From contig CAVPWG010000006.1 of the NCBI GenBank assembly GCA_963709425.1, forward strand, positions 121,913-185,912: a DNA stretch of 64,000 nucleotides. Direction: 5' to 3'. A program made the position numbers and the translations under genes. The stretch's first letter is position 1. Each line of letters begins with the position of its first letter. Source of the DNA: an uncultured Actinomycetes bacterium (GTDB lineage: Bacteria > Actinomycetota > Thermoleophilia > Gaiellales > JAICJC01). The notes beneath the pieces were generated by a model, which ran no database searches, was not told the origin of the DNA, and saw only the letters and a program-made list of their open reading frames with translations. Positions 50,658 through 62,109 of the stretch are shown piece after piece.

Positions 50658-52157
50658 CGGCGGAGTCGCCCTCGCCCTCCGGGGCGCCGGGCTCGGCCGC
50701 CGCCTCGGCTTCGGGCTCAGCTTCGGCCTCTGGCGCAGCTTCGGCTTCGGGCTCAGCTTCGGCCTCGGCCTCCGGCTCTGCCTCGGCCTCGGGCTCTGCG
50801 TCGACCTCGACCTCCGGCTCCGGCTCTGCCTCGGGCTCGTGCCTCGCCTCGGCCTCGGGCTCCGCCTCGGCCTCGGGCTCCGCGTCGGCTCAGCTTCGGC
50901 CGCGGGCTCCGCGTCGGGCTCGGCGGCCGCCTCGGCTTCGGCTTCGGGCTCCGCCTCAGCCTCCGGCTCGGCAGGCGTGTCGGCGAAGACCTCCTCCGAC
51001 AGCCCGAGGTCCGGGACCGCGGGCGCGGCAGCCGGTCCGGGCATGCCCATGTCGATCGCCTTCACCGGATCGTCCGGCTCGACCCGCCGCAGCGAGAGCG
51101 AGAGCCGGCGCCGCTCCGGGTCGATCTCGACGATCTTCACGTTCACGTCCTGGCCCTGCTGGACGACCTCGCGCGGGTTCTCGACGTGGTGCTCGGCGAG
51201 CTCCGAGATGTGGATGAGGCCCTCGACGCCCGAGACGATCTCGGCGAATGCGCCGAACGTGACGACCTTGGTGATGCGGCCGGCGACGACGTCGCCCTGG
51301 CTGCACTCGTCCATGAGCCGCTGCCACGGGTCGGTCTGCGTCTGCTTCAGTCCGAGCGAGATGCGCTGACGGTCGCGGTCGACGTCGAGCACCTTCACGC
51401 GGACGCGCTGGCCGATCTCGAGCACCTCGGACGGATGGTTCACGTGGCTCCACGACAGCTCCGAGATGTGGATCAGGCCGTCGATGCCGTCGAGGTCGAC
51501 GAACGCGCCGAAGTCGACGATGTTCGAGATCTGGCCCTCGACCTCGACGCCGGGGCTCAGCCGGTCGAGGATCTGCTGGCGGGCCTCCTTGCGCTCCTCC
51601 TCGAGCACGGCGCGGCGCGACAGGACGACGTTGTTGCGGCTGCGGTTGAGCTCGATGACCTTGCACAGAAGCACCTGGTCGCGGTACTCCTCGAGATCCT
51701 GGACGCGGCGGATGTCGACGAGCGACGCGGGCAGGAAGCCGCGTACGCCGAGGTCGATGATGAGCCCGCCCTTCACGACCTCGATGACGTGGCCCTCGAC
51801 GGGCTCGCCGCTCTCGGCCGCAGCCTCGATCCGCTTCCACGCCTTCTCGAACCGCGCACGCTTCTTCGACAGGATCAGGCGCCCGTCGGCATCCTCCTTC
51901 TGGAGCACGAGCGCGTCGATCTCGTCACCGACGGTGACCTCCTCGTCGGGGTTCACCGACCGGCGGATGCTGAGCTCGGCGACCGGGATGACCCCTTCCG
52001 ACTTGTAGCCGATGTCGACCAGGATCTCGTCCTTGTCCACGCGGACCACGGTGCCCGTCACCACGTCGCCCTCGCTGAAGTCGGTCAGCGTGCGGTCGTA
52101 GTCCGGGACGAGCACCCCGTCCACTTCGATCATCCACGTGTCGTCAGTTGAAGCCAT
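50650..52157 (-). CDS. rpsA: 30S ribosomal protein S1 with acidic EPEAEA tail (frameshift near 50885)
   Basis: S1 repeats (DIGYKSEG, GFLPASLVD, FGAFVDL..IDGLIHISELSW); the tail frame ends GDSADE-TAG at 50650. Confidence 0.93.
50690..50970 (-). repeat. Low-complexity coding tandem repeat (GAGCCCGAGGCCGAGGCG-like; EPEAEA)
   Basis: Degenerate 6/18-nt periodicity. Confidence 0.8.
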
Positions 52158-52273
52158 GTCCGTCAGGGTTGGATCCTCTCACATGAAGTCATGCGGCAGC
52201 CGGCCTGGTTTGGCCGGCCGGTAGTATACAAACGCCGTGCCAGCAAGCCGGTGCAAGCAGGCGGCGCGCCCGG

Positions 52274-53399
52274 TCAGTAACTCGTCACGAGCCGGCTCCC
52301 GAGGGCGATCGCCGCGCCTCCCGCCGGAAGCGTGATCGGGCCGGCGGTTCCGAGGCTGACGTCCGTCGGCAGGTCGGACGGGTTGACCGCCACGACGCCG
52401 TGTGGATATGTCCGCGTCCACGCCTCGCCGACCTTCTCGGCGAGCACGTCCGGGTCTGGGGCGCCCAGGTCGAGGTCGTAGAGCGGCGTGACGGCGCTGC
52501 CGGGCGCGAGGGCGTAGGCGCCCCGAGGCGTCGCGACGAGCAGATATCCGGCCAGCCCGTAGACATCCCGTTTCGGGCTCGGGTCCGGCTCCGTCTCGAA
52601 GACGAACGCGGCCACGCGTTCGCGCTGCACCTGAAGGTAGTAGTCGAGGAGACCGGTCCACGCTGCGCCGCGCAGGCGCGCGAACCCCGTCCCGGCGGTG
52701 ACGGCGTCGGCCGAGTTGATCTGGGCCGGCTCGACGATGCCGGGCGGCCCGTTCTGGGCGAGCAGGAAGAACCCCTGCGTGCGCATCGCCGCGTGGACGA
52801 GGCTCAGGGCCTGGGCGAGGTAGGTGGCGCGATCGTCGGGCTCGAGCTCCGCGCCCGTGCGCGGGTCGACCGGCGTTCCCGACCATTCGGGCTCGTTCCC
52901 GGCGTCGGCGACGTCGACGCCCGTCCAGCCGCCGTCGGTGAGGCTCTGCTCGACGCGCAGCGACCAAGCGCTCTGGTAGCCGGCGTCGCCGAAGTCGAGC
53001 AGCACCCAGCCCGGGTGCTCGTCGGGGTGGATCTCGGCGCCGTCGGCGGTGCGGAGGATCCATTCGGGGTGGTGCCCGCGGATCCACGGCAGCCGAAACG
53101 GCGCGGCATCGCAGCGGTCGCAGCTGTAGAGCAGCGAGCGCTCCTGCCACACCTGGACGTCGGGGTCAGCCGCGCGAAGCTCCTTCGGCATCGCCCCCCA
53201 CGCCGCCGACGCGAACACGGCGCTGGTAGCTCACGAGCGGGCAGATGGGCGGGGGCTCGACCGTCGGGCGCGCCGGGAGGCGGATGGCGAGCGGGATGCC
53301 GACGTCGGCCGCGGCGGGACACCGCGGCGACGACACCCCGGTGCCCGCGCCGCCGCCTGCGCTGCAGGCCGTGACGAACGCGGCCAGCAGCGCAGCCAC
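52274..53399 (-). CDS. Putative lipoprotein, glycoside-hydrolase-like (GHL15-like TIM barrel); frameshift near 53220
   Basis: VAALLAAFVTAC lipobox-like N-terminus; HPEWIL...LLDFGDAGYQ.AW...GWTGV; W.RTY..GVVAVNP. Confidence 0.5.
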
Positions 53400-53842
53400 T
53401 ACTCCTTGCCGCACGCCCCGCAATGCGTCTGGGGCGTGCCGATGACGCCTCCGTCGGGCGGAGTGATCACCGAGACGACGTCGACCTGGAGCTCCGCCCC
53501 GCAGTGCCGGCAGAAGCCGCCGTCCGCCGGGTGGCCGCTCAGCGTGAACCGGATGTCGGCATCGAGGCCGGGGCCGGTCGCCGAGACGACGCCGCGGCCG
53601 TCCCGCACGCGCCCGAACTGCAGGCGGACGTCGCCCGTCCACTCGCTGTCCATCACCCGCACCGTCCCGACCGCGATGCCGAGCGCCGAGTCGAGCTCGT
53701 CCGCCGCCACCGCCGGGAGGAAGAGCTCGGCCGTCATCTGCTCGTGCCGCTCGCCCGCGCGGATCCAGAGGTAGGCGCCCGGCTCGTCGCCCCGGCGCGC
53801 GGGGAGCGCACTGAGCTCACCGTCCACCTGCGTCCACGTCAT
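53399..53842 (-). CDS. Hypothetical protein with C-terminal zinc ribbon
   Basis: CRHC...CGAC; ATG overlaps the polA stop. Confidence 0.7.
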   Translation of the reverse strand: MTWTQVDGELSALPARRGDEPGAYLWIRAGERHEQMTAELFLPAVAADELDSALGIAVGTVRVMDSEWTGDVRLQFGRVRDGRGVVSATGPGLDADIRFTLSGHPADGGFCRHCGAELQVDVVSVITPPDGGVIGTPQTHCGACGKE

Positions 53843-56424
53843 TTCGCCTCCAGCCAGGTCGAGCCCGTCCCGATGTCGATCTCGAGCGGCGGGTCGAGCG
53901 GGTATGCGGAGACCATGGCCTCGCCGGCAAGCGCTCTGAGCGCCGTCATCTCGCCGTCGGCCGCCTCGAAAAGGAGCTCGTCATGGATCTGGAGCACGAG
54001 CCGCGACCGCCGGCCGGCGTCGCGCAGGCGCCCGTGGCAGGAGATCATCGCCACCTTGATGATGTCGGCGGCGCTTCCCTGCATCACCGTGTTCACCGCG
54101 AGCCGCTCGCCGAGGGTGCGGGTTTGGTAGTTCGACGCGCGCAGCTCCGGGATCGGCCGGCGCCGACCGAAGAGCGTTGTGACGTAGCCGAGCTCCTTCG
54201 CCGAGGCGATCGTGCGTGCGATGAACTCGTTCACGCGCGGGAAGCGGGCCAGATACGTGTCGATGTAGACCTGCGCCTCCTCGCGCGAGATGCCGAGCTG
54301 CTCGGAGAGCCCGAACGAGCTGATGCCGTAGATGATGCCGAAGTTGACGGCCTTCGCACGGTTTCGCTCGTCGCGCGTGAGCGTCTCTGCCGGCTTTCCG
54401 AGCACCTCCGCCGCGGTGACCCGGTGGATGTCCTCGCCGCGCGCGAAGGCGTCCTTGAGCGCCGGCTCCTCGGAGAGGTGGGCGAGAATCCGAAGCTCCA
54501 CCTGCGAATAGTCGGCCGAGAGCAGCGTGTAGCCGTCGCCGGCGACGAACGCGCTTCGGATCTCGCGCCCGAGCGGCGTCCGGATGGGGATGTTCTGGAG
54601 GTTGGGGCGGATCGACGACAGCCGGCCGGTGGCGGCGGTGGTCTGGCTGAACGTCGTGTGCAGGCGCCCGTCGACGGGATCGATCAGGTCAGGGAGCGGC
54701 TGGAGATACGTGTTCAGGAGCTTCGACTGCTCCCGCCACTGCTCGACGACGTCGACGATGGGGTGCAGCTCGCGGATCTTGGCGAGCACGCGCGCGTCCG
54801 TGGAGTACCCGGTCTTGCCCTTGCGGTCGGCGGGCAGGCCGAGGCGATCGAACAGGACCTCGCCGAGCTGCTTGGGCGACCCGATCACGAACGGCCCTCC
54901 GGCCAGCTCGTAGCAGCGTGCCTCGAGCTCCTCCACCTGATCCGCGAGCTTCGCGGCGATCTCGGCCAGGCGGTAGGTGTCGACGCGGATGCCCACCGCC
55001 TCCATGGCGCCGAGCACCGGGATCAACGGGAGCTCGATGCTCTCGTACAGGCCGATCAGGTCGCGGTCGGCCAGCTTCCCGTAGAGGCCGGGGTGCAACC
55101 GCCGAGCAGCTGCGGCGGCCCGGACGATCGCCGCGGTCTCCTCGTCGGCGCCGACCTGGACACCCACACCGGACTCCTCGGCAAGGTCGTCGATCTCGTA
55201 GCCGGACCGGCCCGGATCGAGCAGGTACGCGGCGATCGCCGTATCGCCCGCAGGCTCGAGCGCCGGCTGCTTCAGCCCATGCGTGATGACGCGCGTGTCG
55301 CGGAGCGCCTCAACGACGCGGGCCGCCGGCGCTGTCACCACAACCGCCGACTCGCCGTCGGAGACCGCGAGCCGGTCGCCCGCCGCGGCAACGCCGACCT
55401 CGGTGCCGAGCGAGCGCAGCTGTTCGGGACCACCCTCGCGCCACGCGATCTCGACGACCTCGGACGGCTCCGCCGGCAGCGCTCCGGGCAGCACCTCCTC
55501 CAGCTCGTCCACCCGCTTCAGGAGCGCGCGGAACTCGAGCTTGCGGAAGAGCTCCTTCATCGTCGAGCGGTCGGGCGGCTCGACGACAAGCGCGTCGAAG
55601 TCGACGTCGAGCGGGATCTCGCGGTCGATCGTCGCGAGCCGCTTCGAGTCGGCCGCGTCCTTCGCGGCGTCGGCCAGCGACTGGCGCCGCTTCGTGCCCG
55701 ACACGGCGTCGAGGTTGGCGTAGACGCCCTCCATGCTGCCGAACTGGACGAGGAGCTCGGCGGCCGTCTTGTCGCCTATCCCCGGGACGCCGGCGATGTT
55801 GTCGGACGTGTCGCCCTTGAGGCCGATGAAGTCGGGGATCACGTCCGGCCCGATCCCGTAGCGCTGGATGATGCGCTCCGGCGTGTAGACGACGACGTCC
55901 TGCACGCCGCGCGGGGTCATCATGATGCAGATGTTGTCGGAGGCGAGCTGGAACGCGTCGCGGTCGGTCGAGACCACGCAGACCTTGTGCCCGGCGTCCT
56001 CCGCCATCCGCGCGAGGGTGCCGATGACGTCGTCGGCCTCCTTCCCCTCGACCTTCAGGTTGCGGTACCCGAACGCCTCGACGACCGGCTCGAACCACGG
56101 CTGCTGCTGCCGCAGGAGATCGGGCATCGGCTTTCGGTGCGCCTTGTAGTCGGCCGCGATCTCGAGCCGGCCCGTCGGCTTGGAGTCCCACGCCACGAGC
56201 ACGGTCCGCGGCCGGTAGTCCATGAGCATCCGCATGAACATGTTGCCCAGGCCCAGGAGGGCGTTCGTCGGGAGGCCCTCCACCGTCTGGAGCTCCTCGG
56301 GCAGGGCGTAGAACGCCCGGTACGCAAGCCCGTTGCCGTCGACCAGGAAGACGTCGCACTGCTTGGCGGGCGCGTCGTCGAGGTTCAGGTCCTTCGGCTG
56401 GGACTGCTTGACGGTCGCCACCAT
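53839..56424 (-). CDS. polA: DNA polymerase I
   Basis: 5'-3' exonuclease (LVDGN, EADD, GDTSDNI.GVPGIG.KTA), SADYSQVELR, KAVNFGIIYG, LQIHDEL. Confidence 0.97.
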   Translation of the reverse strand: MVATVKQSQPKDLNLDDAPAKQCDVFLVDGNGLAYRAFYALPEELQTVEGLPTNALLGLGNMFMRMLMDYRPRTVLVAWDSKPTGRLEIAADYKAHRKPMPDLLRQQQPWFEPVVEAFGYRNLKVEGKEADDVIGTLARMAEDAGHKVCVVSTDRDAFQLASDNICIMMTPRGVQDVVVYTPERIIQRYGIGPDVIPDFIGLKGDTSDNIAGVPGIGDKTAAELLVQFGSMEGVYANLDAVSGTKRRQSLADAAKDAADSKRLATIDREIPLDVDFDALVVEPPDRSTMKELFRKLEFRALLKRVDELEEVLPGALPAEPSEVVEIAWREGGPEQLRSLGTEVGVAAAGDRLAVSDGESAVVVTAPAARVVEALRDTRVITHGLKQPALEPAGDTAIAAYLLDPGRSGYEIDDLAEESGVGVQVGADEETAAIVRAAAAARRLHPGLYGKLADRDLIGLYESIELPLIPVLGAMEAVGIRVDTYRLAEIAAKLADQVEELEARCYELAGGPFVIGSPKQLGEVLFDRLGLPADRKGKTGYSTDARVLAKIRELHPIVDVVEQWREQSKLLNTYLQPLPDLIDPVDGRLHTTFSQTTAATGRLSSIRPNLQNIPIRTPLGREIRSAFVAGDGYTLLSADYSQVELRILAHLSEEPALKDAFARGEDIHRVTAAEVLGKPAETLTRDERNRAKAVNFGIIYGISSFGLSEQLGISREEAQVYIDTYLARFPRVNEFIARTIASAKELGYVTTLFGRRRPIPELRASNYQTRTLGERLAVNTVMQGSAADIIKVAMISCHGRLRDAGRRSRLVLQIHDELLFEAADGEMTALRALAGEAMVSAYPLDPPLEIDIGTGSTWLEAK

Positions 56425-56483
56425 GAGAAGCGTATCCGAGGGGATGGTCGGCCGGCCGAGGCGGCGATAGGCTTCGCCGCGAG

Positions 56484-57919
<1,436 letters not shown>

Positions 57920-57929
<10 letters not shown>

Positions 57930-58159
57930 GCGCCCTCGTACGGGTCGTCTGGAAGCGACGCCGAGCGCTCCGCTGTGGGAACGGCCGGCGCGGTCCTCCG
58001 TGCCCGTCGGCGGCGTAGGTAGCGCCGTCCGAGGTCGGCGAAGGTGACCACCGCCAGCACATCCCACAGCCACCACGGCCCCTGCGAGACCACCACGAAG
58101 AACACGGCCGACAGGGCGACCATGACCAGGATGTACGTTCGCCGGCTGAGCCGCTGCAC
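57920..58159 (-). CDS. Small membrane protein
   Basis: Two hydrophobic segments; TACACT 7 nt before the GTG. Confidence 0.6.
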
Positions 58160-58186
58160 GATCCCGAGTGTAGCCACCGACCGGGC

Positions 58187-59104
58187 TCAGGCGGGTTGCG
58201 CGACCCAGAGGCGGGGATCGCCGTCGCCGAGATCGGCGATACCCGCGTCGATGAGCGCGCCGCAGACCAGGGTTCGCCGGTGGGCGGCGAAGGTGAGCAC
58301 GTGGGCGACCACGCCACCGTAGGTGAAGACCGCGGGCGGATCGCAGGTCGTGTCGATGAACGTCTCCTCGAGCCGGTCCTCGTCCACGATCGCGCGGACG
58401 TCGGTGAGGAACCCCGAGCCGGCGTCGGCGAGCCGCCGGCGCATCGAGGCGGTGGTCTCGTCGTGCTCAACGGCGAAGTCATACCGACGCTGGTTGATCG
58501 ACTCGTGCCACATCGCAAGCTGGCCCACGAGCCGGGACAGCAGGGAGCGCAGCGTCGGCGCGTCGTCGATGTCCTCGACTGAGACCACGATCGGGCGGTC
58601 GAGGGAGTCGTCGTCGAGGCCGTCGGCCCGCTCGATCATCTCGCCGACCAGCCACACGTGGTGCTCCACCATGCGGATGAGCAGATCCATGCTCGTCACC
58701 GTCCTCTCAGCGGGCAGCAAGAGGCCGCCCGGCGGGTTGAAGTGCACAGCGGCCGCCGCTCCGATCCGAAAGCTCGCCGGCCGAGCCCGCCAGCGTGACG
58801 GCGTGCGGCCGTACGCTCGCCTGAAGGCACGCGTGAACGCCTCGTGCGAGGCATAGCCGGCCTCCAGCGCGACGGAGAGCACGTGATCTTCCGTGCTGGT
58901 CAGGCGGTATGCGGCGCGTTCGAGCAGGATCCTCCGACGCAGGGTGGCCGGCGGCTCACCGAGCGCCGCCGACACCAGCCGGTCGACGTAGAACCGCGAC
59001 ATGTGGAGCCTCGCCGCCAGCCGTGTCGAGCTTGAGTCCTCGTCATCCAGCCCATCGGCAAGCTGGTCGAGAAACCGCGCCAGGGTGTCGGTCGCCAGGC
59101 TCAC
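58187..59104 (-). CDS. AraC-family HTH regulator fused to a DinB-like domain
   Basis: VALEAGYASHEAFTRAFRRAYG..P; C-terminal HHVW...HVLTFAAHRR. Confidence 0.85.
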   Translation of the reverse strand: MSLATDTLARFLDQLADGLDDEDSSSTRLAARLHMSRFYVDRLVSAALGEPPATLRRRILLERAAYRLTSTEDHVLSVALEAGYASHEAFTRAFRRAYGRTPSRWRARPASFRIGAAAAVHFNPPGGLLLPAERTVTSMDLLIRMVEHHVWLVGEMIERADGLDDDSLDRPIVVSVEDIDDAPTLRSLLSRLVGQLAMWHESINQRRYDFAVEHDETTASMRRRLADAGSGFLTDVRAIVDEDRLEETFIDTTCDPPAVFTYGGVVAHVLTFAAHRRTLVCGALIDAGIADLGDGDPRLWVAQPA

Positions 59105-59171
59105 CCCGTGATCGTGCCACCCCAGCGCGGCACCCGCTTGATCGCGCTTGCGAAGTTGCCCGAGGCCCGGG

Positions 59172-60899
59172 TCAGTCGCCCTCTGCCGGAAGCGCGAGCT
59201 CGCCGTCGAGCGACTCGGCCGGGATCGCGCGGTGCGGCTCCATGTCGTGCACGTACCGGCCGCCGCGCATCCACGACGCGCCCGCGGCGATCAGGCAGGC
59301 GAGGATCGCGAAGTCGAACGCCTCGTCGAGGCCGGACGAGAACGGGCCTGACATCAGGCTCGGGAAGAACGAGCGGCCCGTGAGGTAGGCGGCGTTCGCG
59401 GCCGGGAGGTGGTGCACCGCCGGGCCGAGCAGCTGGCCGACCGGGTTCAGGCCGAGGAACGAGGCGAACAGGAGCCCGACCGGCGGCAGGTGCGCCACGC
59501 GGTGCGCGTCGGCCGGCGTGACGCCCTGCGCGATCAGGCCGTGGCTGAGCGTCGCGGGCAGGCTCGCCGCGAGGCCCACCACCATCAGCGTGAAGAAGAC
59601 GCCGATCGACAGCACCATCGCCGAGTTCTGGAACGTCGCGCTCATCCCGGCCCCCACCCCACGCCGGTGCGGCGGCAGGCTGTTCATGATCCCGGTCTGG
59701 TTGGGCGACGCGAACAGGCCCATCGCAAGCCCGATCAGGAGCAGGAGCGCGGCGAACGCCCGGTAGTCGAAGTCGACGGGCAGAAGCTCGAGCAGGAAGA
59801 ACGCGAGCGCGGCGAGCAGCATGCCGCCCGTTGCGAACGGCCGCGCGCCGAACCGGTCTGAGAGCCAGCCGGACGCCGGCCCGGCGATCAGGAACCCGAC
59901 GGTCAGCGGCAGCATGTAGATGCCCGCCCAGAGCGGCGTCTCGGCGAACGAATAACCGTGCAGCGGAAGCCAGATGCCCTGGAGCCAGATGATCAGCATG
60001 AACATGAGCCCGCCTCGTCCGAGCGACGCCAGCAGGCTCGCGATGCTTCCCGCCGTGAAGGCCCGGATGCGGAAGAGGCCGAGCCGGAACATCGGCTCCT
60101 CGGTGCGCAGCTCGATGAGGACGAAGACGCCCAGCACGGCAAGCCCGCCGAAGAGCTCGGCAAGCACGGTCGGGTTCGTCCACCCCATCGTGTGCCCGCC
60201 GTACGGCTGGATCCCGTAGGTGATCCCGACGAGCACCAGGATGAGGCCGACGGCGAACGTGAGGTTGCCCCACCAGTCGATGCGGGCCGGATGCCGCTCG
60301 CCGCGCTCCTCGAGCCTCCACCACGACCAGGCGGTGCCGGCGATCCCGACGGGCACCGAGACCAGGAACACGAGCCGCCACGAGATCGGCGCCAGGACGC
60401 CGCCCAGCACGAGGCCGATGAACGAGCCGGCGATGGCCGAGACGGCGTTGATCCCCAGCGCCAGGCCGCGCTCGTTCGGCGGGAAGGCGTCGGTCAGGAT
60501 CGCCGAGGAGTTGGCCATGAGGAGCGCGCCGCCGACGCCCTGGACGATGCGCATCGCGATCAGCCAGCGTGCGGCGGCGGCGCCGTCCATCCACGTGAGC
60601 GAGAGCAGGATCGAGCCGGCCGTGAAGATCGCGAACCCGAAGTTGAACATGCGCACCCGGCCGTACATGTCGCCGATCCGCCCGAAGCTGACGACGAGTA
60701 CCGCGGTCGCGACGAGGAACCCCATGAGCATCCAGAGCAGGTAGCCGGAGTTGTCCGGCTCGAGCGGATCGAGGTGGATGCCGCGGAAGATGTCGGGCAG
60801 CGCGATCAGCACGATCGACGAGTTGATCGTCGCCATCAGCATGCCGATGGTCGTGTTCGAGAGCGCGATCCACTTGTACCGATCGGCCCGCCCCGTCAC
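59172..60899 (-). CDS. MFS transporter, DHA2 (14-TM) drug efflux type
   Basis: [42 protein letters not shown]. Confidence 0.9.
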   Translation of the reverse strand: MTGRADRYKWIALSNTTIGMLMATINSSIVLIALPDIFRGIHLDPLEPDNSGYLLWMLMGFLVATAVLVVSFGRIGDMYGRVRMFNFGFAIFTAGSILLSLTWMDGAAAARWLIAMRIVQGVGGALLMANSSAILTDAFPPNERGLALGINAVSAIAGSFIGLVLGGVLAPISWRLVFLVSVPVGIAGTAWSWWRLEERGERHPARIDWWGNLTFAVGLILVLVGITYGIQPYGGHTMGWTNPTVLAELFGGLAVLGVFVLIELRTEEPMFRLGLFRIRAFTAGSIASLLASLGRGGLMFMLIIWLQGIWLPLHGYSFAETPLWAGIYMLPLTVGFLIAGPASGWLSDRFGARPFATGGMLLAALAFFLLELLPVDFDYRAFAALLLLIGLAMGLFASPNQTGIMNSLPPHRRGVGAGMSATFQNSAMVLSIGVFFTLMVVGLAASLPATLSHGLIAQGVTPADAHRVAHLPPVGLLFASFLGLNPVGQLLGPAVHHLPAANAAYLTGRSFFPSLMSGPFSSGLDEAFDFAILACLIAAGASWMRGGRYVHDMEPHRAIPAESLDGELALPAEGD

Positions 60900-61351
60900 G
60901 GCGCGGTCGACCCCTCGTCGAGCTCGTGCAGGACGTCGCGCACCCGGCGGCGCTTCGAGACGAGCTCGTCCTCGAGCTGCTCGAGCGCCACCCGCCTGGC
61001 CCGGACCAGTGCGAGCTGGGTGTCGAGCGGCTCCCGCGCCTCGGCGGCGATCTGGGCTCGGTCGGCATCGCTCGGGTCGGCCGCCCACCGCTCGCGAAGC
61101 GCGGCCCGGGCCTCCTCGGCGGCGGCCCACGACCGCAGGTCGGCGAGCGAGAGGCCGAGCAGGTCGCGGATCCGGATCAGCTCGGCGAGCCGGGACTCGT
61201 CGTCGGCGTCGTAGAGCCGGTGGCTGCCGTGGCGCCGGCCGTGGCCGCGGAGGAGCCCCAGCTCCTCGTAGTACCGCACCGTTCGGGGGGTCGCGCCGAC
61301 ACGGCGGGCGAGCTCGCCGATGCGGATGTGTGTGGGAGCAATCGCAGCCAT
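60896..61351 (-). CDS. MerR-family transcriptional regulator
   Basis: [24 protein letters not shown]...RLY. Confidence 0.9.
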   Translation of the reverse strand: MAAIAPTHIRIGELARRVGATPRTVRYYEELGLLRGHGRRHGSHRLYDADDESRLAELIRIRDLLGLSLADLRSWAAAEEARAALRERWAADPSDADRAQIAAEAREPLDTQLALVRARRVALEQLEDELVSKRRRVRDVLHELDEGSTAP

Positions 61352-61352
61352 G

Positions 61353-61414
61353 AACCTTCCGTTCACGTTATATTATCAGGCGGATACTCCGTCAAGAACC
61401 TGATGTTCACGTCA
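61353..61414. promoter_or_regulatory. Duplicated putative MerR-type operator in the divergent intergenic region
   Basis: AACCTTCCGTTCACGTTA (61353) and AACCTGATGTTCACGTCA (61397). Confidence 0.5.
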
Positions 61415-61433
61415 TGATCGGGAGGAATTTGCA

Positions 61434-62105
61434 GTGATCATCCGCTGGCACGGGCAGTCCGCCTACACCCTCACGGGCCGCGAGCACACCGTCGCGATCG
61501 ACCCATTCGGCCCGTTCCCGGCCGAGGTGGCGGCGCGGATCACGTTCGGCTACCCGCCGATCGCGCCCCACGACGCGCACCTCCTCCTCGTGACCCACGA
61601 GCACCGCGACCACAACGCCGTCGAGGTCGTCACGGGCGAGCCGAAGGTGATCCGCTCCACGGCCGGCCGCTTCGAGTCACCCGTCGGCGAGGTCGTGGCG
61701 GTCGCCGCGGAGCACGACGACGCGGCCGGGACGATCCGCGGCCCGAACACGATCTTCGTGTTCTCGCTCGACGGCGTCCGCGTCGCCCACCTCGGGGACT
61801 TCGGCCAGGCCGGCCTGCGCCCCGAGCAGCGCGCGGCCATCGGGGATGTCGACCTCCTGTTCGTGCCCGTTGGCGGCGGCCCGACTGCCGACGCGGACGC
61901 CGCCGCCGAGATCGTGGGCGAGCTCCGGCCCGCCTTCGTGATCCCGATGCACTACCGCACGCCGGCGGTCGATTTCCTCGAGCCGCCCGACCGGTTCCTC
62001 GCGCTGTTCGACGACGTCGACCACGTCCAGGGACAGGAGTGGTCCCTGCCCGGGGAGCGACCCTCCGGACCCCGGGTCGTCGTGCTTCAGCCGCCCGTCG
62101 GCTGA
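61434..62105 (+). CDS. Metallo-beta-lactamase-fold hydrolase
   Basis: IRWHGQS, IDPF, VTHEHRDHN, HLGD, IPMHY. Confidence 0.88.
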   Translation: MIIRWHGQSAYTLTGREHTVAIDPFGPFPAEVAARITFGYPPIAPHDAHLLLVTHEHRDHNAVEVVTGEPKVIRSTAGRFESPVGEVVAVAAEHDDAAGTIRGPNTIFVFSLDGVRVAHLGDFGQAGLRPEQRAAIGDVDLLFVPVGGGPTADADAAAEIVGELRPAFVIPMHYRTPAVDFLEPPDRFLALFDDVDHVQGQEWSLPGERPSGPRVVVLQPPVG

Positions 62106-62109
62106 GCCC

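Noticed and set aside
50690-50970. Periodic repeats resembling a CRISPR array or VNTR
   Set aside because: No unique spacers; it is the coding EPEAEA low-complexity tail of S1, and no cas genes are present
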